This document shows, piece after piece, positions 25,068-38,178 of a DNA stretch of 64,000 nucleotides (positions within the stretch are counted from its first letter, which is position 1; every line of letters begins with the position of its first letter). The notes beneath the pieces are model-generated. The model had not been told where the DNA came from, ran no database searches, and worked only from the letters and a program-made list of their open reading frames with translations. The DNA is from Octopus bimaculoides (Eukaryota), in assembly GCF_001194135.2 (NCBI RefSeq), contig NC_068982.1, positions 121,190,226 through 121,254,225 of the forward strand. The letters are read 5' to 3'. Position numbers and translations under genes: made by a program.

Positions 25068-25617
25068 ATACAAAAAGCATTCTATTTCTGGGCATGTCTC
25101 GTCAGGGTCCTCAATGTAGACAGTAGAAGACGCGAAATACAGAATAATTGAATGATTGTTTTCTGGAGAAAATACAGAATGTGAATAGATTTTCTGTTCG
25201 TCACATGTGGTTAGCTGTGACAAGTCGAAATGGAAGGAGGATATTTAAAGACTTCAATTTTAATGTGAAGAACTATGAGTTCTGATTAGCTAGACATGAT
25301 AAATGGAAGAGAGTAATTTTTGAATAACAGTGAAGACAGCATTCATCTAGTAGCGTTAATCGCGTGTGTGCATGTGCGTTCACGCGCGCGTATATGTGTG
25401 TGTGAGGTCGTGTCTGTATGCGTGAGTGTATGTACCTGCATCTGTGTTACTGCAAGTATATACAAGTGAGTCTGCATAAATTGTGTACAAGTCTATATAA
25501 AAAATGTCTGCTATATATATGCTTTCACGTGAAGGGCGGCTAAATTTCTGTTATCCACTGATTAATGTGTGTAAAATGAGCTTTGTTCTGTTGACGATAT
25601 ATTCTTCAAGAACACAA

Positions 25618-26197
25618 CTGCCAAGTGACTTTTGACCTCTCAGCTGTTGCTGTTTTTCTTTGTGTGTGTGTGCACGCGCGCGCGCACCTAAAACATACAC
25701 AGAAAATAAAACCTATTTTGAGCCTCCCAAATCATACAGATACACAAACATTTCACTTAACAGACCAAACGAATATAATCAGACTGTCAAAACTATCACT
25801 AATTCAACATTGTCCTAAACATCGACGACACGACAACCACTACGAGTCTAACGGATCAGTAAAAATAGAACGCAATAACCAGCTCACAAATCATGCTCAA
25901 ACCTGAAGACGGTAACTAGTGTATTTTAGGAAGACAAAAATGCTGTGATACTAAGTTGTAAGATCGATACGATTGAATGATCATTGTCTTCCAAAAAAGA
26001 AAAAAAAATAGAGTGAGAGAATTCTTCTCGGACCAAAAATGGATTTGAAAGCAATGAGATAACTCTGGTCTGTTAAGTGAAATATCTGTGTATCTAAATA
26101 ATTCGGTTGGCTCAGAATAACTTGTTTTATTTTTTGAGTATGTTTTAGACACAAAAAAGAAACAGCAATCAATGATTAGTCAAAAGTCATTTAGCAG
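25618..26197. repeat. old inverted repeat, arms 25618-25766 and 26067-26197
   Basis: tgacttttgac..ctaaaacatac..tttcacttaacagacc is matched in reverse. Confidence 0.8.
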
Positions 26198-27763
26198 ACG
26201 TATTCGCCCGCAAGTGTGACTCGTATCAAAGGAAGCAGTTTGATTGGATAAAAATAGCTAAGAGAAAGAATCAAATATGTAACGATCTTACAACGTTCGC
26301 CACATACATTTGATTACAGGCTTGCTCAGTTATAGTGAAACAACAAAAAAACACCGCCCACAGATAAAATACTTACCGACAAAATGTGTTCAAATTGACC
26401 GTAGGAAATTTGAAATCAAATTGAAATGATCAACCAAAAGACTCAAAAGAAAGAAGCTTTGTTTACTTGGAAACAGAAGATTGCTGCTTCAACCGTTTAA
26501 TGTACCCAAGATACGATTTCATTTATCACTTCCAATAGCAAAAAGAGGCGAAATTCATCTTAATTCTACTGGAACCCATCAAATACCTCACAATCATTTC
26601 AAGCTGATGGTCACAGTATACCCGTTACATTTCGCACCAATTTTTTAATAAATCTGTAATTCCTATTTTCAGCCTCTTCAAGCAAATTACTGTTCGATCA
26701 GTCAAACATTTCAATATGTCAAGATGCTGTAAAATGTGCTCAAGTGAAAAATCTAATTTTTTTTAGGGAGAAACAATCTTTACAATCACGAGCAACATGG
26801 CTTCCTACGTATTAGATGTTTCCTAATTCAACTTCTTCACCATTTTGATGGCATGTTGAAATTTGGAAAACTAGTCAAACGCTAACGCTATAATATTTTA
26901 ATTTCAGCAATGACTTCCATTCGGATAATCCTAATATATTAATATCTGAAAGTTATAGTTAAAGTGGATGTTTCTGGTTAGCATACACACCTAACGTATT
27001 ATGAATGCCAGTCATTAGCGATGTTCCTCTTCGATCAATCTTTTATTTCATTATCATTAGTATTTACCAACAGTCAGAAAAACATGGTGCGTCTCAGCAA
27101 ATCTAAATTATTGTCTGACAATTTCAAGTGTGTGGAAGGACATCAATTCAAATGAACATTAAAAAAATCTTAGTTAAATAATGCTGTCCAGTAGATTAAA
27201 CACATTTACCATACATATTTGAAACTCCACTATTTTAGATTAAAAAATAAGATAAGTAAAGCAGGCACACTATCTCTTTACTGATAAATGTCTCAAGGCT
27301 GGCATCAGACAACCTTAGATACTGAGAATTCATTATTGACACAATACTCGACATGAGAGCGTACATTAACAAGAAGTTTGATATTACAGACTGAGCAAGA
27401 TCTCTAATTAATAATCCGTTTGTATGACACAATCATTGTTTTGGACAGTCTCTCGTCGCCGCTTTAAATTAAACAGAACAATAAAAATATATATTTTGTT
27501 TTTGAGAGTTATCATATGGAAAATAAATAACATAATAGTTATAGACTACATTATTATAGCAGTTGTAGGCTTTAGTATTGCAACAATTGTAGACTGTAGG
27601 ATATTAGCAGTTGTAGACTGTAGGATATTAGCATTTGTAGACTGTAGGATTACGGCAATTGTTGACTATGGATTATAGTAGCTATAGATTACAAGATTAT
27701 AGCTGTTGTGAAATTTACATTATTTACAGTTGACGGATATTTGTCCTCATCTTGTTTGTTGTT

Positions 27764-27809
27764 AACACAACGTTTCGGCTGATATACCCTCCAGCCTTCA
27801 TCAGGTGTC
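27764..27809 (-). ncRNA. minimal type I hammerhead ribozyme
   Basis: GACAC CUGAUGA A GGCUG GAGGGUAUAU CAGCC GAA ACGUU GUGUU. Confidence 0.85.
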
Positions 27810-27899
27810 TTGGGGAAATTTCGAACCAGGGTTCTCATTCCTAAGGTATTTTTCGTTGTTGTTGTTGTTGTTGTTGTTATTATAATGATGATGATGATG

Positions 27900-28033
<134 letters not shown>

Positions 28034-28220
28034 NNNNNNNNNNNNNNNNNNNNNNNNNNNNNNNNNNNNNNNNNNNNNNNNNNNNNNNNNNNNNNNNNNN
28101 NNNNNNNNNNNNNNNNNNNNNNNNNNNNNNNNNNNNNNNNNNNNNNNNNNNNNNNNATAATAATTATTATTATTATTATTATTCCTTAGGAATGAGAACC
28201 CAGGTTCGAAATTTCCCCAA

Positions 28221-28266
28221 GACACCTGATGAAGGCTGGATGGAATATCAGCCGAAACGTTGTGTC
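28221..28266 (+). ncRNA. minimal type I hammerhead ribozyme
   Basis: GACAC CUGAUGA A GGCUG GAUGGAAUAU CAGCC GAA ACGUU GUGUC; intact core, 5-bp stems I and II, cleavage after 28261. Confidence 0.85.
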
Positions 28267-30239
28267 AACAACAAACAAGATGAGGACAAATATCCGTCAA
28301 TTGTAAATAAAGTAAATAATGTACATAATTCCTCATCTCTTAAATATAAAACTGTATTAGCGAATTATAGTTTGTAGACTATAGGATTATATAGTTTCGG
28401 ATTAAGGGTTACACACAAGAGAATTATTGCGAACTCTAGAACTTGTAGAGGCAGATGTTATAGGTGTTGTAGTCTATGGGGTTTGCTTAATTGTAGACTA
28501 AGGGATTACAGAAGTTGTAGACTGGTTCTTCTGCTGAAGTTATGGTAATTATTGTGGAAGCCAAGTTTAGCCCTATCCCAGTTATGCTGTGTTAATCACA
28601 TAGTAGATGTTATGCAGCCTCAGGGCAGTGCTCATCCGCCTGTCTTATGGGATCCAGGTAGTAGTTGTCGTATACTCCTGAGGAGCCATTTTATCAGTCT
28701 TATGATACCTACATAGTTGTGGTGCAGCCCCGATAAAGCCATGCTATGGTATTTAGGTAGTCGGTCGAACGACAAAATGTGACACACAGATCCTAGTTAT
28801 ACCAGTTCACTGTCTGGGTGAGGGCCATACTGAACGTTTGACATGCAGTGATAAACCGTATGGGCTGCAGTGTGATAATTTGGACATGTTGCACTATTTC
28901 TATTGTCCACTCTGTTCCTATCCACCTGTAGATTCTGGTGGTAGCAGCAACAGCAGAGGAGGGCAAGATGGATTCAGTGAAAGCGTGACAGTTGCTATGT
29001 ATCTCCACTTAGTGTTGATTGTGTGCGTTCCAGCTCATTATTTGAAGCCAGTAAGTCGACTGATGCTGGTGCTAGTTCTGTATGTACGTGTGGATTTTGT
29101 TTGTCTGCACTGAGTGGGAGATATAGTGTTTTTGGTGGTGATGATCAAAGTAGTGTATGCATGTGTGTGACCAAACATTAATCATGTTATATCTGTATTC
29201 CAGGCTGTTTCTTCAGTTTATTTGTTCTGTTTTCTGTTATCGAAATCTTCTCGATAAACATCTTTTAAGTCTAATTTATCGACATTTTAGTGACATTTGA
29301 CCCTATTATCAGCCTCAAAACAACAACTGCTTTGTGTATATAAATGTACACGTGTGTGTGTGTGTGTGTGTGTGCGTGCGTGTGCGTGTGCATTCTTTGG
29401 TGTTTTTCTAAATCGCAAAGAAATCTGGGTAAATTTATATGCTAGTTTCTGATAACAAACTCGCATTATCACAGTTTGGTGTATGGGAATTTGTTATCAA
29501 CGGTTCTCAGTTATCAAGGGGGAAAGGACACTTTGGTACTCCCCACTTTAATTAACAGGGATGACAGGCCAAAGGAAATTTTGTATCCCTTAACACCCGC
29601 ACCTAGAAAGCGGAGTGACGACTGCTCTTTCTCGCCCTCCTCTTACTACTATTGAGTATCACTCTGTTATGTGAACACAAACATTTACAGACGGATTCGT
29701 CAACGAGAAAGAACTCTTTATTGATGCTTTACCCATTAAGAATAGCAACCAAATCTCCATCAAACGTAACCATCATCTTATAAAAGGATAGGCGTATTAG
29801 ATATCAAACATCGTGCTAAAGAGATGCGCTGACTGAAATAAAAACGAGTCGATGGACAAAGTTAAAATGAGGTTGACCATCCATCTGTACATTTAGAGCT
29901 GAGCAGGAGTTTAAACAGTTAATTTATTACAACGATGAGAAAAATAAAAAATAATTCGTGTAATGTTATATTCAACATGTCCGAGGGTACTCGGACGTGG
30001 GAAGACCTTTCGTTGCGGAGATAGTCTTAGGATAAAATCTCCTCCTAGTTGACACGTATGCAAAACACACAGGGCTGTGATTTGGATAGAAGGACGAGTA
30101 AATTTCTGTGATGTTATGCATCATCAGCTACGAATATCAAATCTACTTTTCCCAGCCTGAAAGAACGATTTGTTCATACATTAGAAAAGCCAACAGAACA
30201 TTCGCTGATATGCATAAAATTTGGTCAAGAAAGATTTAA

Positions 30240-30298
30240 TTAGCTAAAGTCGCACGAAGCATATTTAACACCAAGCTGCTTCGTGCGATTTTAGTTAA
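30240..30298 (+). ncRNA. pre-miRNA-like hairpin (candidate)
   Basis: 22-bp stem ttagctaaagtcgcacgaagca / tgcttcgtgcgattttagttaa with two G-U pairs and a 15-nt loop. Confidence 0.35.
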
Positions 30299-30908
30299 GA
30301 AGTAAAATGATGTAACACGGAGTAAAATATTCTGAACCACTCCCCCCTACCAAATGTTATTTTTACTTTGGAGAAACTACATATATGCACACACACACAA
30401 TGTATGTATATATGTGTATNNNNNNNNNNNNNNNNNNNNNNNNNNNNNNNNNNNNNNNNNNNNNNNNNNNNNNNNNNNNNNNNNNNNNNNNNNNNNNNNN
30501 NNNNNNNNNNNNNNNNNNNNNNNNNNNNNNNNNNNNNNNNNNNNNNNNNNNNNNNNNNNNNNNNNNNNNNNNNNNNNNNNNNNNNNNNNNNNNNNNNNNN
30601 NNNNNNNNNNNNNNNNNNNNNNNNNNNNNNNNNNNNNNNNNNNNNNNNNNNNNNNNNNNNNNNNNNNNNNNNNNNNNNNNNNNNNNNNNNNNNNNNNNNN
30701 NNNNNNNNNNNNNNNNNNNNNNNNNNNNNNNNNNNNNNNNNNNNNNNNNNNNNNNNNNNNNNNNNNNNNNNNNNNNNNNNNNNNNNNNNNNNNNNNNNNN
30801 NNNNNNNNNNNNNNNNNNNNNNNNNNNNNNNNNNNNNNNNNNNNNNNNNNNNNNNNNNNNNNNNNNNNNNNNNNNNNNNNNNNNNNNNNNNNNNNNNNNN
30901 NNNNNNNN

Positions 30909-30967
30909 AATCGAAACCGCGATCCTAAGACTGTGAGTCCACTGCCCTAACCACTGGGCTATTGCGC

Positions 30968-30969
<2 letters not shown>
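30909..30969 (-). mobile_element. SINE family A head (body in gap)
   Basis: Reverse complement of the tRNA-like head at 59375-59440. Confidence 0.85.
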
Positions 30970-31010
<41 letters not shown>

Positions 31011-31612
31011 CACACATATATATATATGCATATATGCATGCATGCATGTATGTATGTATGTATCTTTTACTATGTTTTAACTTTGCTAAGTCCATGCTGG
31101 AGCAATAATTTCAGAGTTCATTTCATGATGCCATTTGTGTCGTTTCGTTTATATTCAAGGATTCTCGTGTTTCCGTGCGATTTTTCAATGTACACATTGG
31201 TGGATCAGCAAAGTGATGACAGTTGCTTTGCTTTTGTTGAAGTCTTTTACAGATTACTGAGGTGAAATGTGAGAAAGAAATGCATCTAACTTTTAAATGT
31301 TCCAGAGAAGTTTTTTCACGCGTTTCGTAAACCTTTTGAAATCGTACGACTGAAAACTTTTAAATGATACACGTTTGCAGTATAGTTTTCCGATGCGAGG
31401 GTTTGATAAAATGATTTTCAGGAGCCGACAACATTTCCCTTTCTCGTGCATGCCAGAGTTCGGAATAAGATTTTCAAGAATCTTCCATATTTAATGTAAT
31501 GTAATGTAATGTAATGTAATGTAATATAATATAATATAATATAATATATAATATGATATAATATATTAATATATTGCTATTATATGTATGTATGTATGTC
31601 ATACATACATAC

Positions 31613-32261
31613 CATCATTTCAAGATTTCTTGCCAATAGAAAAAGCCGGTTTCTAACCTAGATCCAAGGTTCCTTCATTGAAATTTCCTATCAACAAGGT
31701 ATGTATGTATGTATGTGTGTGTGCAGATTTGTATGTTTCGTTTTATGTATGTATTCTCATGCATATAGTTGCATGTCTAGACATGTTCGTATATACTTAA
31801 ATGATGAACTTCTGGAAAGTTTTACAGATTTTTATAGTTCCAGTGATTCTTGGATCTGTTGTCTTCGAATCAGCTTTCTCCTTTTTGGTTTTGAGAAGCC
31901 TAATTTCTCAAGATTGGTATTTAGGCAGAGTGTAACATATCCCAGGGCCCCATTAATTAGAAGTATAGACCTGAACTTGTAATCTGGATATAGTAGCTGC
32001 AGATTCCTCAATAGTTCAGAGCGTAGTATTTTCTTTTCCATTGATCTGTAGCTTTATGTTAACATCCGCTGGGCAGCTTATTTCCACAATTGTACAGTTT
32101 CTCTTCTCTATCCGAAATCACAATGCCAGGGCTATTGTTTCTACGTTTTATTGAGATTTTCGCTGAGACATTCCACCAATACTATTTTTTATTATGAGAG
32201 GCTATGGCTTCTACCATGCTGAGGGTTCTTATTTCTTTGGCCTCAGGGTTTTCCTTCCGAC
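31613..32261 (-). mobile_element. R4/Dong-clade element: restriction-like endonuclease plus 3' UTR
   Basis: With frameshifts: YWWNV..NNSPGIVISDREEK-CTIVEISCPADVN..ELLRNLQLLYPDYKFRSILLINGALGYV..LEKLG, matching the RPD..D/E..P..KY..GALG pattern of RLE domains. Confidence 0.8.
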
Positions 32262-32369
32262 ATGTATGTATGTATGTATGTATGTATGTATGTATGTATG
32301 TATGTATGTATTTCTGTTAGCGTTCAAATAGGGGCAATGCTCTTATATATTAAAGATACTTTCTAATAA

Positions 32370-32560
32370 TAGGCATAAGGTCTGAGATTTTGAGGGGTCG
32401 ATAATCGATTACATTGGCTCCAGTACTTGACTGGTACTTTATTTTAATCGACCCCAAAAGAATGAAAAGCTAAGTCGACCTCAGCGGAAATTGAACTCAG
32501 AACAAAAAGTCGGAAAAAATGCTGCAAAGCATTTTGTCCGGAGTGCTAATGATTCTGCCA
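32370..32560 (-). mobile_element. SINE family C
   Basis: Reverse complement of the family C head and body. Confidence 0.85.
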
Positions 32561-32619
32561 GTTCAAAATAAAACAATAAAATCTTGACTTCAACTAACCT
32601 GTTCGGGATCAACGACACT

Positions 32620-32960
32620 CGCAAAAATGAGTAATAATGACGAGTAATCTTACCGCTAAAACTATATCTGTTTCTGCATCGAAGACATGTGTTATATTTC
32701 TTCGAAGTCAACGTCCTGTAAATCTGTTTGTGGCTATTGTAGTTGCTTCAGTTCTCTGTGATAGTTGTGTAGTCCGTCTTTCTCATGCTCTGACCATAAC
32801 AGTTGCAACCGTCGAAGGCGAAGTGACAATAGTATCCATGAGTGAGAGATTAGGTCAAACACCTTCTTATAGTCTAATCACACTGTCAGATTGTCAGCGA
32901 TGCAGATTCGTTTCCTTAAGGACACCTTTGTTCTTGAGAAGTTGTTCAGTACAACCTTAG
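32620..32960 (-). mobile_element. R4/Dong-clade reverse transcriptase fragment
   Basis: GCTEQLLKNKGVLKE..NLTV*LDYKKVFDLISHSWILLSLRL, i.e. the DYKKAFD motif. Confidence 0.8.
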
Positions 32961-33012
32961 ATATCTTTCTTCCCTCTTGCCTACTAATCAGTTATTATAT
33001 CGTTTGTTCCGT

Positions 33013-33195
33013 TAAGGTGGTGTGTTGCCAGAATCGTTGGGGCGTTGGACAAAATGCTTAGCGGCATTTCTTCCGGCTCTTTACGTTCTGAGTTCGAATT
33101 CTGCTGAGATCAGCTTTGCTTTTCATCCATTTAGATAAAATAAATGCCAGTTGAACATTGCGGTGGGTATAATCGACATACTCCTTTCTAAAATT
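33013..33195 (+). mobile_element. SINE family C
   Basis: aaggtggtgtgttgccagaatcgtt..aaaatgcttagcggcatttc. Confidence 0.8.
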
Positions 33196-33379
33196 AGAAA
33201 GAATTATATCGTTTGTTTCGTTGTGATTTTGGTGAAACAGTTTCAGGCAACATGATAGGCATCATAGCATCATTTAAGCAAACTATGGGCTTGTAGTATT
33301 TTTTTTCTCTATGATGTGCGTTGCTTTTAGGTATGAATGTTGTTTGAGCAACTACCAGTCCGTCAGCACGTCGAGTTCA

Positions 33380-34700
33380 GAGTCTATTATTCTTTTTAAC
33401 AAGTTGACGAGAACTTACCTGAAGAACGGGAGCTTCTTATATAAATAGACGACGATCTCTTCGGTATTTGGCAACAACTGTCTGGTCATTTTGTCTAGTG
33501 ATATCATATTTTAGCAGAAACATTTGCACAGCATTTACTCGGAAGTTCATCTAACCATGCTGTATCATGGTTGTGCTGCTTATTTACGTTCTAAACTCGC
33601 TCCATCTGCCAGTTTGACTCTAGATTATCCTGTAGAGTTGCAGCATGTACAGCCTTGAAGGTAGTACCTTTCATACTGCAATCGACAATTTGTGGGTTAA
33701 ATGCAAACACATTGTAATTTATTACGAAAACTAAACTTTTGACATACTACCCGTAGTCCGTGTTTAACTATATCTGTTATCAGTAGTTACCGTAAGGTTT
33801 TGTTAGTCTATCATGAAGTAGATAGTGGTTCGTCAGTTCATTATTCACTTTGCATCAGATGATAGTACCCAATTATCCGGTGTTTTTCTTGAGCATAATG
33901 ATATTTTATTTTGGAGGAAAAGAAATCCACTTTTAATGTGTGTTATCGTTTTGATCGATCTCGGACACCACCATCTGTTGGTGAATTGCAATTGAAACAA
34001 AATACTGTTGGACGTTTCTTGCCGTAGCACTGAGAACTTCAATTTGTGCTAGGCATTGTCAAGCAACTTCAGTAGGTTTGCTATCTACTCGTGTCGTAAT
34101 CATTCTTTTATTCAGTTGTTTGTTGATGTAAATAGAGAAGTTCTGTTTAAATCTAGCTGCGAGCAATGCTTTGAGCTGTTCGTATTCATCACCAATTTCT
34201 ATATATTCGTTAGCTTGTCCATGTAATGGCGGCAGTCCTGTCTCTGCGTTATTGTAATCATTTTTGTTTTGATCATTTTCCACGTTTTTAGCAATTTCTC
34301 CAAAGACAGAATTTATTAGGTGGTCGATAATATTATTTGCTGGACATTTGCAATGTTTTTCTTCTCAACTTACATAACTTACAGGTACAATTGCTTCGCT
34401 CTGAATTATGAGGAGTTGGGATATTAGATATTCAAACAGTTCTTAGTGCAACCGATCGAAGAATCTCCCCTAACATTTATGCAGCACTGGTCTTGATCCT
34501 ATTCAAAAGTTCACTGGAATTTCTCTTGATAGTTCTGTAGTCTCTAATTCCCTGACTTGCAATGGTGTATATACAAAATATCCCAATGTCATTTAACTTT
34601 TTACTTTGCTTGATTTTTTTTTCTGCTTCGATCCTCTCTAAAAAGGATGCTCCTTCGCATTTATTCAAAGATATCTAGCTTTAAAAAAAAAAAAATGTTA
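33380..34700 (-). mobile_element. degenerate pre-RT region of the same R4/Dong-like ORF
   Basis: NW..V*NVNKQHNHDTAWLDEL resembles the FW..IW..HN..A.WL block that precedes RT; colinear with the RT and RLE fragments. Confidence 0.5.
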
Positions 34701-35136
34701 CTTTTTAACGAGGCTTGTATTTATTGTATAAGTTTTTAAGGATGTAGTAGTCATTATACGAACGCTTGTCATTTGTATCATGTGTGTGTGCGTGCGTGTA
34801 TGTGTGTATGCGCGTGAGCATGGATGCATGTATTTTCGCCAACTTATTTCGGCGAGAAAGTCCGGAATGAAGTCTTTCGCAAAATTTGTTCTGCTCCGAG
34901 TTGCAGACACTCCTTTGTCAGCTTCGCCTAGAAAATGTAGTGAACGAGTAGTCAACCCGTTGGAAAGCTAGCCAATGACACTTTAACGACCCCCCCCTCC
35001 ACATTTATAATATAAGACAAATACATCTGAGAACAGTGTTGGTGACTTTCATAGTGGAGACGAGTCTTGGATGTCTGGTATCATCAACTCCGATATCTCT
35101 GTATTCTGAGTTCAAATTTCTTTAATTTCAGTTATA

Positions 35137-35449
35137 CAGAGTAGGCCAAAAGTCACGCACCAAGGCATTATTATTATTAGGACGAGGGCAGCGAGCTAGC
35201 AGAATCGTTAGTACGCCGGGCAAAATGCTTTGCGGTATTTCGTCCGCCTTCATGTTCTGAGTTCAAATTCCAGTGAGGTCGACTTTGGCTTTTATCCTTT
35301 CGGGGTCGATTAAATAAGTACCAGTTACGCACTGGGGTCGATGTAATCGACTTAATCCCTTCCCTCAAACTTGAGGCCTTGTACTTCCGGTAGAAAGGGC
35401 GTTCAAATTCCGCCGAGGTCGATTTCGTCTTTCGCCTATAGTAGAAAGG

Positions 35450-35482
<33 letters not shown>

Positions 35483-35748
35483 TTGCTCATCATGTACAAG
35501 TACGTGTGTATTCGACATTATTTTATTTATTTTATTCAATTTTAGTAAAATTGAAACATGTCAATGACAATTTCGAAGCATATTGGGGCGGGGTCCCAGG
35601 AATTTTTCGAAGGGAAGGCAAAAGATCAGAAGGAAATACAATTCCAAGAGAAAAGGGCGTAATAACATTATTTAGAAGGGCACACTTCTTTTCCTGGGTC
35701 CGCCGCTGGTATTGAACATATTTTGTGCATGACTTTTGATCCACCCTG
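35137..35748. mobile_element. Tc1-type MITE with a nested family C SINE (35180-35470)
   Basis: TA|cagagtaggccaaaagtcacgcac ... gtgcatgacttttgatccaccctg|TA. Confidence 0.7.
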
Positions 35749-36211
35749 TACCACTTCGTGTATTACAGTCGATTTGATCTCCTATACTCTCTGGTGTCTT
35801 GTAGGAAGAAATTTTTTGTTACAATCACACTTACTCCTTGAAAACAGCAAGAACACTACGAACCATTTGATCTTACTCGTATCTATAAACCAAGAACTTC
35901 ATGCTTATAAAAGAAAGTGGTTATTTATCGTTGTCTGGCGCTTTTTAAACTGTAGATATATATTTTATGGTGTCTTCGTAGTCGACATCGTAACTTCGTT
36001 GGTTCCTGGGATTATTTCAGGTCAAACTGCAGTAAATATTATCCTCTGTGGAGGAATACATTGAAACTGAAATGCTTATATATGATGTCTATATACACGG
36101 AAATACTTATAATTTACCGCAATACATATATTCGATCTTGTCTTTGGATACATACATGCATACATACATACATACATACATACATACATACATACATACA
36201 CACACACACCT

Positions 36212-36242
<31 letters not shown>

Positions 36243-36461
36243 TAGGCGCAGGAGTGACTATAGGCACAGGAGAGGCCATAGGCGAAGGAGCGGCCATAGA
36301 TGCAAGTGTGACTTTGTGGTAAGAAACTTGCTTCCCAACCACATGGTTCCGGGTTCAGTCCCACTGCGTGCGAGCTTGAGCAAGTGTCTTCTACTATAGC
36401 CTCGGGCTAACTAAGGCCTTGTGAGTGGATTTGGTAGACAGAAAGTGAAAGAATCCTGTCG

Positions 36462-36500
<39 letters not shown>

Positions 36501-36740
36501 GTATGTATATATGTATGTATGTATGTGCGTGTGTGTGCATTTGTGTGTCTGTGTTTGTCCTCCACCATCGCTTGACAACCGGTGTGTTTACGTCTCCATA
36601 AATTAGCGGTTCGGCAAAAGAGACCGATAGAATAAGTATCAGGCTTACATAGAATATGTCTTGGGATCGATTTGTTCGACTAAAGGCGGTGCTCCAGCAT
36701 GGCCACAGTCAAATGACTGAAACAAGTAAAAGAGTAAAAG
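36243..36740 (+). mobile_element. SINE family B with a tandemly repeated 18-bp head
   Basis: Full body and tail; four ataggcgcaggagtgact-like units at the 5' end. Confidence 0.9.
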
Positions 36741-36741
36741 A

Positions 36742-36776
<35 letters not shown>

Positions 36777-38142
36777 CACACACACACACACACATGCACA
36801 TGCACATGCACGAATGCATTTATATTCCATAATGTCGCTGAATACACTGAATAACTTCTGTCGTGGTTCCAACGAAATACCAATCCTGTTTTTCTTTTCT
36901 TTTCATCTTTCTATCACAGTGACTGTTCCTATCATGCTGACTGTTTTATTTCGATAGCAATCTATAATCTGTGAAAGGAAAAAATAATACGAGTAGCTCA
37001 GTGATTATTGTCACATAAGATAAAATAAATCCGTTTGTTATATGATATTCAAGTTGAGAGGTTACCATGTTGGCGGTAACTTGACAAATGTTAAAATGCC
37101 TTCTCCAAGATGAAAAGAAAAATATGAAATGCGTTTGTGGCAGAATCCATTTTGAGTGTGGGTTAGTTGCTTGTCTATAAATGAGAGTAAAAAGGTGAGG
37201 AGATTTAGTGCTCGAAGCTGTTAAGTTGTCCCATAAAATAGTTGATGCATATCTAACGATTTTGTAAAAATCGATTGCAGTTGATCAGGAAGAACGCCGT
37301 TGTATTTTTAACAACTAACTATATTATGTCTAAATCTTACTGCCGCTGTTTTGTCGAGATCTGTATAATCTACCTCTGTCATTCACATACATCATATCAT
37401 AATTTACTCTCACACATATGACACTTGCCTTGTGCTCTCATGTGCCTTGTATTTTCAGGTTGCAATACTCAAATTAATTAAATATATACAAACATATCTT
37501 GTCTTAATGGTGTCTCATAGACGTATGCGCCAACCGCATGTGCCGTTTGTTCACTTGCGTCACCGTCCTTTACAGTCGCTCACTTATTCCCAGCTGCGCA
37601 TTGCTGTTGACACCAACAAAAAGAATGATCTTAACGTTAAAAGCGCGAAATTGTTATACTTTTGGACGATAACTGATAAGAAAAGAGCACGTCCACGTCT
37701 TGTGAGTGAATTTTCCGTGCGTTCCTTTGTCATCATTCTCTGTAATTTTTAAATCTCTCTCTCTTCTTCCTTCCCCCTCTCTCTCTGTATACATACATAC
37801 ATACATATAGGAATTCTAATTATCCGAAGTGGAGACAAGTTAAGAGATCCTCTTACGCGAACCTATTGATAGCCTTGTTATCCAACAAATACAGAATAAT
37901 TATTCACCAGTGCAGCGTTGAGTATTCATTCTCGTTGTTCGATACTCTATCCAGTTCATCCTTCTTTTGGCAGATTTTGTGTTTTGCTTTGTAGGATGAC
38001 CAATTAAAACCACCAGGCTTGGTTGGGTTGCCGGTTTAGATTCCGACAGCCCGACCATTCGATACATTGTACTGGGTTACATATTACCAGTAGTACTAAG
38101 AGTGACCTTAATACACACACACACATACACACGACTATAAAA

Positions 38143-38178
38143 CTTTCTGAAGAAGAGATTAAGCTTGAAACATCAAAG
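38143..38178 (+). ncRNA. degenerate minimal hammerhead
   Basis: CUUU CUGAAGA A GAG AUUAAG CUU GAA ACAUC AAAG; ACAU in place of ACGU is consistent with CpG decay. Confidence 0.55.

Noticed and set aside
28800-29113. Cys-containing plus-strand ORF (..CSDKPYGLQCDNLD..YCPLC..)
   Set aside because: No recognised motif spacing and no convincing splice sites.
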